Shown: positions 38,180-48,677, numbered from the stretch's first letter. The stretch is DNA of 64,000 nucleotides from an uncultured delta proteobacterium (GCA_963827685.1 CAWHBU010000007.1:32001-96000), one strand, 5' to 3'. Numbers and translations are program-made. Notes: generated from the sequence alone by a model not told the origin.

Positions 38180-39220
38180 CTAAGTCGGCACGGTCCATTG
38201 AGAAGACTTTTCCGTAAAAATACAGATTTTATTCCGTCCCCCCCTTTTGGCATCATAGAGCGCCTGGTCTGCCATCTTGACCAATTCTTCTCTCGACTTC
38301 ACTCGATGACTTGGAAAATTGGAGATTCCCATGCTAAGGGTTAAATTGACTTGAGCCCGTCCCACTTCGAAGGGGGTATTTTCCACCAACTGTCGAATTC
38401 GCTCCGCAATCACGAAAGACTGTTCCAAGCCAGCCTCTGGCAATATCAAAATAAACTCTTCACCCCCATAACGAGCGACGGTGTCTTTCTTTCGAACCGA
38501 AGCTTTCAATAAAGAAGAAATTTTGCAGAGGACCTGATCCCCTTCAGTGTGTCCAAAGGTATCATTCACCTTCTTAAAAAAGTCTATATCCACCATCACC
38601 AAAGAAATGGGAGCACCACTGTAAAAAGATTTCTGGGCTTCCACCTCAAGCCTTTCCTCGAAATATCTCCGATTATAAAGACCGGTCAGAGTATCATAAA
38701 TGGCCATGTTTTTGACTGAACTAAACCTTTGAAAATGTTTTAAGGTCGCTGCCATCTGGTATCCGATGACGGAAAGGAATTGTAGATCTTGGGCATCAAA
38801 GGCATTGGGTTGATCGCTATTAAGGGAAATGCATCCTAAGATCTCCCCCTCCACAGCAAGGGGCAACGTGAGGTGTGACTTTAAGGTCGCTTTCGGATCC
38901 ATCATCATCTGTTTGGGCCTCAGCTTCCTTTTCTCCACTTGAAGGGCAATTCGCTCGGCATCGATGGGCTCCTCTCCCAGGATTGAAAAAACGTTCATCA
39001 TGTTCTTCACCACCTCTTGGGCGAAGGAAGGAGGACAAGATTCTTCTTGGTACAGGAAGAGAACGAGATCCTCTTTCCAAAATACTCCAAAGGAAGTGAA
39101 GTCAAACAAATTGGGAAGATTGTTTCCGGCCGATTCGACGATTTCCTTGATCTCAATGCTCGTGCTGATGGCATTGATGGTAGAACGGAGCACGTTTAGA
39201 TTTTTAAAAATCAGCCTCAC
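38180..39220 (-). CDS. GAF-GGDEF diguanylate cyclase
   Basis: GAF (LPLAVEGEILGCISL, AFDAQD), DTLTGLYNRR, DIDFFKKVND, RKKD I-site, RYGGEEF. Confidence 0.93.
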   Translation of the reverse strand: MRLIFKNLNVLRSTINAISTSIEIKEIVESAGNNLPNLFDFTSFGVFWKEDLVLFLYQEESCPPSFAQEVVKNMMNVFSILGEEPIDAERIALQVEKRKLRPKQMMMDPKATLKSHLTLPLAVEGEILGCISLNSDQPNAFDAQDLQFLSVIGYQMAATLKHFQRFSSVKNMAIYDTLTGLYNRRYFEERLEVEAQKSFYSGAPISLVMVDIDFFKKVNDTFGHTEGDQVLCKISSLLKASVRKKDTVARYGGEEFILILPEAGLEQSFVIAERIRQLVENTPFEVGRAQVNLTLSMGISNFPSHRVKSREELVKMADQALYDAKRGGRNKICIFTEKSSQWTVPT

Positions 39221-39233
39221 CGAAGTCCCCCCC

Positions 39234-39632
39234 CTATTTTGGGGAAATAATTCGCTCGGCCTCTTTGACTTTCGTGAAAACCTTTGGAAAGAGTTCTTTA
39301 TTGATCACCCCATCTGCCAAGGCCGAAAAAAGATGGGAGAGTTGATTGATCAGGCCTTGAAAACCTCGATGAATTTCCACAGGAGCAACAGTCCGGCAAT
39401 CCTCCTTCACCCTTTCCCATGAAATACCTTCCTCAGAAACCTTGAGAGAAAGCAAAAAGGGATGCTTCTCCCCAAGCTTTTGAATGGCCAAGGTGAAAAG
39501 AAATGCCAAAATGGCTTCTCCGATCAAGGCCGACACAATCTCCCAGAGCTCCGTCAAAAGATCTGAATAGAGATCCAAAACGAGATCAGAGGACCATTTT
39601 ACTCCCCTATCCTTTTTCATCGTCGGTGCCAT
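39234..39632 (-). CDS. Hypothetical helical protein in an operon with the GGDEF gene
   Basis: 132-aa ORF tightly packed between the DedA and GGDEF genes; GGGAG SD. Confidence 0.65.
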   Translation of the reverse strand: MAPTMKKDRGVKWSSDLVLDLYSDLLTELWEIVSALIGEAILAFLFTLAIQKLGEKHPFLLSLKVSEEGISWERVKEDCRTVAPVEIHRGFQGLINQLSHLFSALADGVINKELFPKVFTKVKEAERIISPK

Positions 39633-39641
39633 TTTCGCTCC

Positions 39642-40367
39642 CTAAAACTCTTTTCCTTTTTCCCTTTTTAATTTTTTTACCAGATTATGAATTTCCTCAT
39701 GGTAGATATAAAAGGCCAGAATCGCCAAGGTGGATATCCCCAACAGGAGCAAAAAGAGCCTGTATTGATGTTCGAAGGCCTTCGCCCCCTGAAGAGTTGC
39801 CATCAATGTTCCGGGTATCCTTCCAATGGTAGAAATGATCAAAAAAATACCCAGATGCATGGGGGTCAGGCCCAAAATGTAACAGAGAGCATCCTTCGGA
39901 AAACCCGGGAGTAAAAAAAGGATGAAACTAAGAATGACTCCCTCATGTTCAACCAAATAATCAAATTTTTTTCTTGTCTTTTCTGAAACAAACTTTTCAA
40001 CAGCTATTCTCTCAAAAATCCTTGCCAGACTAAAGGCAAGCCAAGATCCCAAGATGAGCCCGATCATGGAATAAAGCATCCCAGCCCACACCCCGAACAG
40101 GTAACCTCCTAAGAATTCTATAGCCCCACCTGGAATGGGGGCAACCACCACTTGGATGATTTGGAGCAGGATATAGACTAAAGGAGCATAGGGCCCGTAA
40201 GACTTGACGACTATCTTTAATTGGTGATGATCTCGATAGATATCATAAAGTTTCACTGCCTGGCTCCATAGCTGGGAATGATAATGGTAGATGATAAAAA
40301 GAATGATTCCCACCAAAATAGATAGGAGCAGAATCCATTTCGGTTTTTTCAGGAACGATCGGGCCAT
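39642..40367 (-). CDS. TVP38/TMEM64 (DedA/VTT) membrane protein
   Basis: QVVVAPIPGG, GGYLFG, FLLPGFPKDALCYILGLT, GRIPG. Confidence 0.9.
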   Translation of the reverse strand: MARSFLKKPKWILLLSILVGIILFIIYHYHSQLWSQAVKLYDIYRDHHQLKIVVKSYGPYAPLVYILLQIIQVVVAPIPGGAIEFLGGYLFGVWAGMLYSMIGLILGSWLAFSLARIFERIAVEKFVSEKTRKKFDYLVEHEGVILSFILFLLPGFPKDALCYILGLTPMHLGIFLIISTIGRIPGTLMATLQGAKAFEHQYRLFLLLLGISTLAILAFYIYHEEIHNLVKKLKREKGKEF

Positions 40368-40746
40368 AAATCAAGGGCATTCAATCATGAGCCAGTTTTC
40401 TTTATGTTTCCATAACATAAAAATAACCTTGAGTAAAGCAGGTTGTTTTCAAAATTGTTTGGTCAGAGAATGTAGATCCAGATATTAGAGAAGAGTAATC
40501 CTTAATGGACATCTGAAAATGTGATCTATTCGTCTCTCAGCCATGACTAGTGCCAGCGGCAGTGTGGTACGGCGGGGAGACTATAAGTGTTTTGGGGAGG
40601 AATATAATGTGCAGGGGTGCCCCGTCTACATGGGCCGTTGCCAAAATAATTGTAAGAATGAAAGGGATGCTGCTGAAGAATATTGTCCTTGATTGGTGAG
40701 GCAGGAGGTGCAGGAAATTCGATAAACTCTTCAGCCCTATACTTCC

Positions 40747-41799
40747 TTACAGATTCAGATATTTCAGCACTCTTTCTTTTTTGGGCGGAAGAGAGACAGG
40801 TTTCTGGGAGACTCGAATGGCAATGTCCGGGTCCTTCAAACCATGGCCCGTGATGGTTAATACGGCGACATCCCCTTTCTTAAAAAAACCTTTCCGATGA
40901 AGTTTTATCACTCCTGCCAGAGAGGCTGCAGAAGCGGGTTCGCAGAAGATTCCTTCCAGGCTCGCCATCATCCGATAAGCTTCGAGAATCTCTTCATCGC
41001 TCACTATGTCGATTAAGCCACCGGATTCATCCCGGGCTGCGACGGCCTGTTTCCAACTGGCTGGGTTCCCAATTCGAATAGCTGTAGCGATGGTTTCAGG
41101 CCGCTCAATGACTTTTCCTTTGACAATGGGTGCAGCCCCTTCTGCCTGAAATCCCAACATCTTTGGAAGACCATCCATTCTCCCTTTTTCCCAATATTCC
41201 TTGTATCCTTTCCAATAGGCTGTGATATTCCCGGCGTTGCCCACAGGGAGGCAATGGTATGTGGGAACAAATCCTAAGTGGTCAATAACCTCGAAGGAGG
41301 CTGTCTTCTGGCCCTCAATCCGATAGGGATTGAGGGAGTTGACCAAGGTGACGGGCTCTGTCTCGGAAATTTCTCTGACGATGTGAAGGGCTTCGTCAAA
41401 GTTTCCTTCGATTTGGATGACCTGGGCTCCATGGGCCATTGCTTGAGATAACTTGCCGAGGGCAATCTTTCCCTCAGGAATAAGAACATAGGCCTTCATT
41501 CCCGCCTTGGAGGCATAGGCGGCTGCGGAGGCGGAGGTGTTTCCTGTAGAAGCACAGATGACCGCTTTGGAGGCCATTTCTTTTGCCATGGAAACAGCAA
41601 CAGTCATTCCTCGATCTTTGAAAGAGCCCGTGGGATTGAGACCTTCATATTTAAAATAGAGGTCAACCCCAGAAGTCACTTCCTTCTGAATCCGAGAAGA
41701 AGGGATGAGTGGAGTATTCCCTTCGAGCAAGGTGACGATGCTTTCCTCTTCCCTAACAGGTAAAAAATCCCAATATTCTCGAATCACCCCACGCCACAT
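40747..41799 (-). CDS. thrC: Threonine synthase
   Basis: EGNTPL, NPTGSFKDRG, ASTGNTSAS, PVGNAGN, EPASA, TGHGLKDP. Confidence 0.96.
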   Translation of the reverse strand: MWRGVIREYWDFLPVREEESIVTLLEGNTPLIPSSRIQKEVTSGVDLYFKYEGLNPTGSFKDRGMTVAVSMAKEMASKAVICASTGNTSASAAAYASKAGMKAYVLIPEGKIALGKLSQAMAHGAQVIQIEGNFDEALHIVREISETEPVTLVNSLNPYRIEGQKTASFEVIDHLGFVPTYHCLPVGNAGNITAYWKGYKEYWEKGRMDGLPKMLGFQAEGAAPIVKGKVIERPETIATAIRIGNPASWKQAVAARDESGGLIDIVSDEEILEAYRMMASLEGIFCEPASAASLAGVIKLHRKGFFKKGDVAVLTITGHGLKDPDIAIRVSQKPVSLPPKKERVLKYLNL

Positions 41800-41878
41800 G
41801 ATTTTACCCCAATCCAGTTCGGAGTTTTCAGTTCGGAGAAAGACCTAAAAATAATTTAATACTCCGAACACCGAACTA

Positions 41879-42983
41879 ATACGAACGTCCTAAATAAAGT
41901 GACATAGCAGTTTATTTATGTTAATATGTGGGCATGAAAAATCCCACATTAATCTTAGAGCATAAAGAAGCCAATAAAGAGCGTTTATTAGCATTAGCCG
42001 AACAAATATCAGGGGCTTGGATAGGCATAAAGATAGCCGCCTTACTCCTGGTGCTTGAAGGGCAACGTCCGGGATGGATAACCGAGGTGTTAGGGTTGAC
42101 CCGGATGAGTTTAAGCCGATGGATTCACGGGGTGAACAAAGACGGCTTAGAGTTCTTAAAATCCAAGCCAAGATCGGGAAGGCCTCCACGGTTAGAGACA
42201 AAGATTCAAAGGGTGCTGGAGGGACACTTAGAGAAGTCTCCGCGGGAATTTGGTTTAAACCGGACTCAATGGGATGGGCCAACGGTTGCGATTCATCTGA
42301 AACGGTCTTTCGGGATAAACCTGAAGGTGCGGCAAGCCCAACGCTGGATGCATCATTTGGGTTATCGGTTAAAGAGAGCGAGTTATTCTTATCTTCAAGC
42401 ACAAAGCCAAGAAGCCCGAAAGTTCCAGCGGGCTTTAAAAAAAACTTGAGTCCCTGGGGCCAAAAGAGACAATTGTATTCCAGGATGAGACAGGCTTTAC
42501 GATGCACCCCAGGCTTAGCCGGGGCTGGGCGAAAAAAGGAAAGCGTCTTAAGATTCCCACGACCAGCCAGCATCGTATCCGTTTGAATATCTCTGGGTGG
42601 GTCAATCCTTTGCTTGGACGCTATGGCATGATTCAGACAAAACGGGGGGATAGAGAAGGGTTTCTCAAACTTTTGCGCCACCTCTATGGAAGGTTTAAAG
42701 AATATACCATTTGGCTTTATGTCGACAGGGCCCGCTGGCACAGAGGCGATCCCATCGAACAATTTCTTAAAAAACATCCGAGGCTCCATATCGAATATTT
42801 ACCCCCGTATCAACCGGGATTAAACGTGCAAGAACGGATTTGGCGCAGTGTTCGCTATGAATCCACCACCAACCGTTGGTTTGAAAACCTTGATAATCTT
42901 TGGTCTGTCGTTTGTAAAACAACTCGCTCATGGTCTTGTCAAAAGATTCGTAGGCTATGTAACATTACTTAATGCGTTTGTAT
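41879..42983 (+). mobile_element. IS630-family insertion sequence (1105 bp)
   Basis: TA at 41877-41878 and 42984-42985; imperfect TIRs ATACGAACGTCCTAAATAAAGT vs ATACAAACGCATTAAGTAATGT; inserted into the CCGAAC arm of a heptamer hairpin. Confidence 0.9.
41934..42972 (+). CDS. IS630 transposase split over two frames (HTH ORF and DDE ORF joined at an A8 run)
   Basis: ORF1 carries HTH domains (PRSGRPP) and ends ALKKT*. The +1 frame after A8 (42437-42444) reads LESLGPKETIVFQDETGF...YVDRARWH...LPPYQPGLNVQERIW. Confidence 0.88.
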
Positions 42984-43000
42984 TAATAACTCCGAACTTT

Positions 43001-44314
43001 TTATTCTAATTCATTTTCCACTCGGATGACCATCGTTTTTCCCAAAATCACACCCAGCCGATCGATTTCCTTTAGGGCACGATGGACGTTCTTCTCTTTG
43101 GCCTCATGGGTCATCATCACAATAGGTACAGAACCTTTGATCCGCCTTCCCTTTTGGATTACCGAAACGATGCTGATGTCATTCTTTCCTAAGATTCCCG
43201 AAATCTTCGAAAGCACACCGGGTCGATCCAATGCTGAGAACCTCATGTAGTAAGGCATGACCACCTCCTCGATTCTCTTAAGAGGATTTTTTTCAATGGC
43301 AAACTCCTGATAAGAGAGAGAAGGCACTCGATGCCCCTTGGCTTGCACGAGGAGATTTCTCCCCAGTTCCACAAGATCGCTCACGACCGCACTGCCAGTG
43401 GGCATCTGCCCTGCCCCCTGGCCATAAAAGAGCGCGGGGCCAACAGCGTCACCCTTAATATAAATAGCATTGAAAACTCCCTCCACCGTTGAAAGTAAAT
43501 GTCCCTCTGGAATCATGGTGGGATGAACGCGAGCTTCTATCTTCCCCTTCTCCATTTTGGCAATGGCCAAGAGCTTAATACGATACCCAAATTCTCGACC
43601 GAATTGTATATCCAGAGGTGTGATCTCAGAAATTCCTCCGATGAAGATTTCATTAAATCGTAGAGGCGTTCCAAAAGCAAGGCGGATCAGAATGGCAAGC
43701 TTGTGAGCCGCATCGATCCCCTCGATGTCATAGGTCGGGTCCGCCTCTGCATATCCTTTCTCTTGGGCTTCCTTTAAGACTTCTTTAAAGTCTCCTCCTT
43801 CATCCGTCATCTTGGAAAGGATGTAGTTAGACGTCCCGTTTAGAATCCCGAAGATCGAATGGATTCGGTTGGCAACCAAACCTTCTTTAATCGACCGGAT
43901 GAGTGGAATGCCTCCCCCAACAGCAGCTTCGAAGTTGACGTCCACGCCAAAGCGGTGGCCTTCCCTGAAGATCTCATCCCCATGAAGGGCGAGGAGGGCT
44001 TTGTTGGCTGTAACGATATGTTTCTTATTCCGAATGGCTTTCAGAATAAAAGTTTTTGCAGGCTCAATGCCTCCGATTAACTCCATGACGATATCGATTT
44101 CAGGATCCTTGATCACCTCCTCGGCTCCCCGAGTGAGGACCCCCGGTTTTAACTTCACGCCGCGGTCGGTCTCCAAATCGATGTCAGCAATTCGCTTCAG
44201 GACGAGCTTGGCGCCCATACGCTTTTCGATCAGCCCAGAATTCTTCTGGAGGATTCTTACAACGCCAGAACCTACTGTCCCAAAACCGATCAGACCAACC
44301 TTAATCTCACGCAT
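43001..44314 (-). CDS. hom: Homoserine dehydrogenase with ACT domain
   Basis: GFGTVG, VTANKA, FEAAVGGGIP, GILNGTSNYIL, GYAEADP, DRPGVLS. Confidence 0.96.
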   Translation of the reverse strand: MREIKVGLIGFGTVGSGVVRILQKNSGLIEKRMGAKLVLKRIADIDLETDRGVKLKPGVLTRGAEEVIKDPEIDIVMELIGGIEPAKTFILKAIRNKKHIVTANKALLALHGDEIFREGHRFGVDVNFEAAVGGGIPLIRSIKEGLVANRIHSIFGILNGTSNYILSKMTDEGGDFKEVLKEAQEKGYAEADPTYDIEGIDAAHKLAILIRLAFGTPLRFNEIFIGGISEITPLDIQFGREFGYRIKLLAIAKMEKGKIEARVHPTMIPEGHLLSTVEGVFNAIYIKGDAVGPALFYGQGAGQMPTGSAVVSDLVELGRNLLVQAKGHRVPSLSYQEFAIEKNPLKRIEEVVMPYYMRFSALDRPGVLSKISGILGKNDISIVSVIQKGRRIKGSVPIVMMTHEAKEKNVHRALKEIDRLGVILGKTMVIRVENELE

Positions 44315-44367
44315 AAGAATCTTCCCTCTGCTCTCTCAAGAGTTAGTTCGATGATTGGCGCCCAGAT

Positions 44368-44530
44368 AAATTCCAAATTACAAGCACCAATCCCGCCAAG
44401 GCGGGACCAAACAAATTCCAATTTTCCAAATTCCAAATAAAACAGTTTTGGTCATTAATTATTAAAGATTTGGATCTCCTGCCTGCCGGTAGGCAGGTAT
44501 TTGTAATTTGAAATTTGGGATTTGGAATTT
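44368..44530. repeat. Heptamer hairpin (AAATTCC / GGAATTT) with two inserted mini-palindromes
   Basis: aaattcc aaattac aagcacc aa[tcccgccaaggcggga]...gatct[cctgcctgccggtaggcagg]tatttgtaatttgaaatttgggatttggaattt. Confidence 0.8.
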
Positions 44531-44534
44531 ATCC

Positions 44535-45734
44535 TTATATCCCTTTTTTCAGAACCTTTTGAATCCCCTTGACCGCCTGTTTGATGCGGGCCTCGTTCTC
44601 AACCAATGCAAACCTCACAAAACCCTCTCCATACTCGCCAAAACCGATTCCTGGGGAAACAGCCACTTTTCCTTCCATTAATAAGTGCTTTGAAAAGTCA
44701 ATCGACCCCATCTTCTTGAAGGGTTTTGGAATCTCTGCCCACACAAACATCGTTCCTTTCGGTTTTTCAATCTCCCAACCCACTCGCTTCAATCCATTGA
44801 CGAGGGCATCTCTCCTCTTCCGATATTCCTCTACGGTTTGACGAACACAATCCTGATCTTCATTGAGGGCAATGATGCCGGCAATCTGAATGGGTTGAAA
44901 GACTCCGTAATCCAAGTAACTCTTCAGTCTTGCCAAGGCAGCCAGCATCTCGGCATTCCCCACTGCGAAACCCACCCGCCAACCGGGCATATTGTAACTT
45001 TTGGAAAGAGAGTAGAATTCCACCCCCACATCCTTTGCCCCTTTGACCTGAAGGAGGCTGGGTGCCTTATATCCATCGAAGACGATATCCCCGTAGGCTA
45101 AATCGTGAACGATCATCAGATGATGCTCTTTCGCAAAAGCGACCAGATCTTCGAAGAAATTGAGATCCACCACGATGGTCGTGGGATTATGAGGGAAACT
45201 CACGATGATCATCTTGGGGTGAGGCCAGGTCTGCTTGGTAGCTGTCAATAGCTTCTGAAAGAAATCCCCTCCCCCCATCAAAGGAACTGAACGCAGATCT
45301 CCTCCTGCAATCACCACCGAATAGGCATGGATGGGGTAGGTCGGATCCGGAACAAGGACAACATCTCCAGGCCCCACGGTCGCTAAAGCCAGATGTCCGA
45401 GTCCTTCCTTAGCGCCGATGGTAACCACACTCTCTGTCTCTGGATCGAGATCGACATCGTAACGTCTTCGGTACCAGCCGGTGATCGCACATCTCAGTTT
45501 ATAAATCCCTTTCGACGCAGAGTATCGGTGATTCCTCGAATTTTTTACGGCATCAATTAATTTGTTAACGATGTGTTTGGGCGTAGGCAGATCAGGATTT
45601 CCCATGCCCAAGTCAATGATATCCTCTCCCCTTCGTCTTGCCTCTATCTTCAATTGATTGACAATGCCGAAGATATAAGGCGGGAGCCTCTGAATTCGAT
45701 GAAATCCAGACCCTTCAGGATGAAACATTTCCAT
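44535..45734 (-). CDS. alaC: Class I/II PLP aminotransferase (AlaC/DapL-like)
   Basis: [46 protein letters not shown]; lies in the alaC-hom-thrC order. Confidence 0.8.
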   Translation of the reverse strand: MEMFHPEGSGFHRIQRLPPYIFGIVNQLKIEARRRGEDIIDLGMGNPDLPTPKHIVNKLIDAVKNSRNHRYSASKGIYKLRCAITGWYRRRYDVDLDPETESVVTIGAKEGLGHLALATVGPGDVVLVPDPTYPIHAYSVVIAGGDLRSVPLMGGGDFFQKLLTATKQTWPHPKMIIVSFPHNPTTIVVDLNFFEDLVAFAKEHHLMIVHDLAYGDIVFDGYKAPSLLQVKGAKDVGVEFYSLSKSYNMPGWRVGFAVGNAEMLAALARLKSYLDYGVFQPIQIAGIIALNEDQDCVRQTVEEYRKRRDALVNGLKRVGWEIEKPKGTMFVWAEIPKPFKKMGSIDFSKHLLMEGKVAVSPGIGFGEYGEGFVRFALVENEARIKQAVKGIQKVLKKGI

Positions 45735-45808
45735 TTTGTCTTCCTTCCAAAAAATGCAAGGTGGCTTTCCTTGCCTTTTGCAGTCAGGTTTGAACGATTA
45801 GAATTCAA

Positions 45809-45945
45809 TGTGTCCCGGACACGAAACACGCGACACGCCTGCGTGCCAGAACGCCTGTCTGCGCGAAGCCCCGCCTACCAAAGCCTTGTGCGGCGGGCAG
45901 GCGCTCCGGCGAAGGCAGGCACTTCGGCGTGCAGGCACGGACACG
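45809..45945. repeat. ACACG heptamer array carrying three nested CCTGC...GCAGG palindromes
   Basis: Nesting 45838-45935 > 45854-45919 > 45870-45901. Confidence 0.8.
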
Positions 45946-45993
45946 TTATTTAACAAAAGGGTTAACACAATTTAACTTTGTTTTCAATTGATT

Positions 45994-48126
45994 TTACCCA
46001 ATGGTGGCCAGTTCCATTCTCCCTTTCCATCGCTTGATCAAAACATCCTTCAATCCGGCATGAGTAGGACGAACCAGTTCAGGGTCTTCTTGAATGAGCC
46101 GAAACGCCTCCTTTCTCGCCTCGATCAAAATGGGAGTATCCCGGATGATATGGGCCACCCTGAAATCTGGCAATCCTGATTGTCGAATGCCAAAGAATTC
46201 TCCAGGACCCCTGAGGGCCAAGTCCTCCTCGGCAATCTTAAAACCATCGGTCGTCTTCTCCATGGCGCGAAGCCGAACTTTTGCTTCCTCGGAAGACCGG
46301 TATTGGGCCAGTAATATACACTTGGAGGGGTAACGTCCTCGGCCAATTCTCCCCCTTAATTGATGGAGTTGAGAGAGGCCGAATCGCTCAGCATGTTCCA
46401 CCACCATCACAGAGGCGTTGGGAATATCGATTCCCACTTCGATCACGGTCGTGGCGACGAGGATCTGAATCCTTCCTTCCTTAACCTCCATCATGATGGC
46501 CTCTTTCTCTTCACTCTTCATCCTCCCGTGAAGCAGGCCAATCCGAAACTCTGGAAAGACTTCTCTCTGAAGGTGCTCGGCCATTCGTGTTGCATCCTTG
46601 AGATCCAATTTCTCAGACTCCTCTACCAACGGGTAGACAACGAATGCCTGGCGGCCTTTTTTCACCTCCTCCTCAACGATACGATAAACTTTGGCCCTGG
46701 CAGGTTCAGGAAAGACCTTGGTCTCCACAGGCACTCTTCCGGGTGGCATCTCATCGATAAGTGAAACGTCAAGGTCCCCATAAATGGTCATGGCGAGCGT
46801 CCTCGGGATGGGGGTCGCTGTCATGACCAGTACGTCAGGGTTGTCCCCCTTTTTCTTCAAAAGTCCTCTTTGAACGACGCCGAATTTGTGCTGCTCATCA
46901 ATGATGGCGAGGCCCAGGCGGTTGAATTCAACCGCTTCCTGAATTACAGCATGGGTTCCGATCATCAGCTGGATATCTCCGTTCTGAATTCTTTGATAAA
47001 GATCTTCTCTCTCTGAACCCTTGACACTGCTGGTGAGCAGGGCCACTTTTACCCCCAGTGGTTCCACCCATCGATGGAGGTTAAGAAAGTGTTGTTCGGC
47101 CAAAACTTCAGTGGGTGCCATAATGGCAGCCTGATAACCGCATTCGACCACATACAGACAGGTTAAGAGGGCGACGACTGTCTTTCCGCTTCCCACATCT
47201 CCCTGGATCAATCGGTTCATGGGATGGGGTTTTTCCAAATCATCCTTGATCTCTGCCAAAACCCTCTCCTGGGCACGGGTTAATTTGAAAGAGAGAAGAT
47301 CTAATAATTTCTGGACTAAGAGGCCGTCGGTTTTAAAAGAGATCCCTGTCTCCAGTGCCACTCCTCTTTTCTTCAACGCCATACCAAGTTCCAAGAAAAA
47401 AAATTCATCAAAGATTATCCGTCGGTGACCATCTGAACGCTGAAGATCAAGGACATCAATGGGTTCTCCCTCAGGAGGGAAATGGACCCTCCGGAAGGCT
47501 TCTGAAAAATCAATCAGGTCCTGTCGCTCAACAATCTCTGGTGGAATGGGACTCGAAAGCTCATCCGCATATCCATCCAAGATGGTTTTCATCAACCTCC
47601 TCAACGTTCTCTGATAAAGCCCTTCTGTTTCGGAATAGATGGGAACGATCCGTTTGAAGTTGAGATAATCCTTCTCAATGTCCCCATCCACGATTTCTAC
47701 GTCGGGATGATGAATCTCTCTCTGATAATTAAACCACCTCACCTCACCAGAGAAAATCAGTTGACGCCCTTTCTTAAATCGTTCCCTGAGATATCTCTCG
47801 TTACCATGAAACCACTTCAATGTGATCGTACCGCTCCCATCCCCGACCACTGTCTCAAAGACTCTTTTCTTCTTGTTCTGATAAAATGCAACTCCCGACA
47901 GCAGTATCTCACCAAAACCTGTCTCCTTTCTTCCGGCTTTGAGTTCGGAGATCTTTTTGAGGTTGCTTCGATCTTCATAGCATCGTGGGAGAAAGTAGAG
48001 GGCATCCTCAACGGTCAGAATCCCCTTTTTCTCAAAGAGCTTGGCCAGTTTGGGCCCTACCCCTTTCACATACTGAATGGGGGTGAGGAGACGATTCCGT
48101 AAATGCTGAGGCTGTGACCGATTCAT
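45994..48126 (-). CDS. recG: ATP-dependent DNA helicase RecG
   Basis: KGVGPK, QGDVGSGKT, MAPTEVLAEQH, IDEQHKFG, MTATPIPRTL, HAERFGLSQLHQLRGRIGRG, DGFKIAEEDL. Confidence 0.97.
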   Translation of the reverse strand: MNRSQPQHLRNRLLTPIQYVKGVGPKLAKLFEKKGILTVEDALYFLPRCYEDRSNLKKISELKAGRKETGFGEILLSGVAFYQNKKKRVFETVVGDGSGTITLKWFHGNERYLRERFKKGRQLIFSGEVRWFNYQREIHHPDVEIVDGDIEKDYLNFKRIVPIYSETEGLYQRTLRRLMKTILDGYADELSSPIPPEIVERQDLIDFSEAFRRVHFPPEGEPIDVLDLQRSDGHRRIIFDEFFFLELGMALKKRGVALETGISFKTDGLLVQKLLDLLSFKLTRAQERVLAEIKDDLEKPHPMNRLIQGDVGSGKTVVALLTCLYVVECGYQAAIMAPTEVLAEQHFLNLHRWVEPLGVKVALLTSSVKGSEREDLYQRIQNGDIQLMIGTHAVIQEAVEFNRLGLAIIDEQHKFGVVQRGLLKKKGDNPDVLVMTATPIPRTLAMTIYGDLDVSLIDEMPPGRVPVETKVFPEPARAKVYRIVEEEVKKGRQAFVVYPLVEESEKLDLKDATRMAEHLQREVFPEFRIGLLHGRMKSEEKEAIMMEVKEGRIQILVATTVIEVGIDIPNASVMVVEHAERFGLSQLHQLRGRIGRGRYPSKCILLAQYRSSEEAKVRLRAMEKTTDGFKIAEEDLALRGPGEFFGIRQSGLPDFRVAHIIRDTPILIEARKEAFRLIQEDPELVRPTHAGLKDVLIKRWKGRMELATIG

Positions 48127-48152
48127 CTACTTTTTATTTTCCATAATTTATT

Positions 48153-48245
48153 ACCCTCCCCCTTGACGGGGGAGGGTAAGGGTGGGGGTGATAAAAGAAC
48201 TTTATTTCCCCCTCCCCTTTATCCCCTCCCACCAAGGGAGGGGAG
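48153..48245. repeat. Double C/G-run REP-like palindrome
   Basis: Close copy of 10364-10450. Confidence 0.85.
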
Positions 48246-48456
48246 TTTTTCGAGCAAGATGATTTCTTACGGGCTCTGAAACCACTTTGACATAGATTTT
48301 TTTACATGAGGGACATTGGATCTTATTCTCCCCTACCTTCAGATCAAATTGGTCATAAGAGACGGGTCGATCACAATAAGGACAACGATAGGAAAACTTC
48401 TGAATCACCTGCTCTTCTAATTTCGTGTTCTTATAACGTCTATTTCTCCCTTTCAT
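48202..48456 (-). CDS. Small zinc-ribbon protein
   Basis: CPYC...CPSC; the last residues (TPLPWWEGIKGRGK) and the stop come from the REP. Confidence 0.6.
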   Translation of the reverse strand: MKGRNRRYKNTKLEEQVIQKFSYRCPYCDRPVSYDQFDLKVGENKIQCPSCKKIYVKVVSEPVRNHLARKTPLPWWEGIKGRGK

Positions 48457-48640
48457 TGAGAGCCTTTAACCTATAGCCTCTAACCTAATTTTCTCAAAAC
48501 TATACTAAAACTGTTCCTAAGAATCAAGGAACAGTAAATGGACCAGCGAAAAAGAATGTGTTGGAATACCAAGTTATGAGGGATCGGAGGCAGAAATGGG
48601 TGGTTTATAAAATCTTAGCAACCTGGGCTCTTATCATTCA

Positions 48641-48677
48641 AAAAAAGAGGTTGAGAAATCATCCCAACCTCTTTTTT
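48641..48677. terminator. Bidirectional intrinsic terminator
   Basis: aaaaaagaggttgagaaatcatcccaacctctttttt. Confidence 0.7.

Noticed and set aside
41890-42789. 299-aa minus-strand ORF and the 42074-42586 ORF inside the IS
   Set aside because: Antisense or alternate frames of the transposase without recognisable domains.
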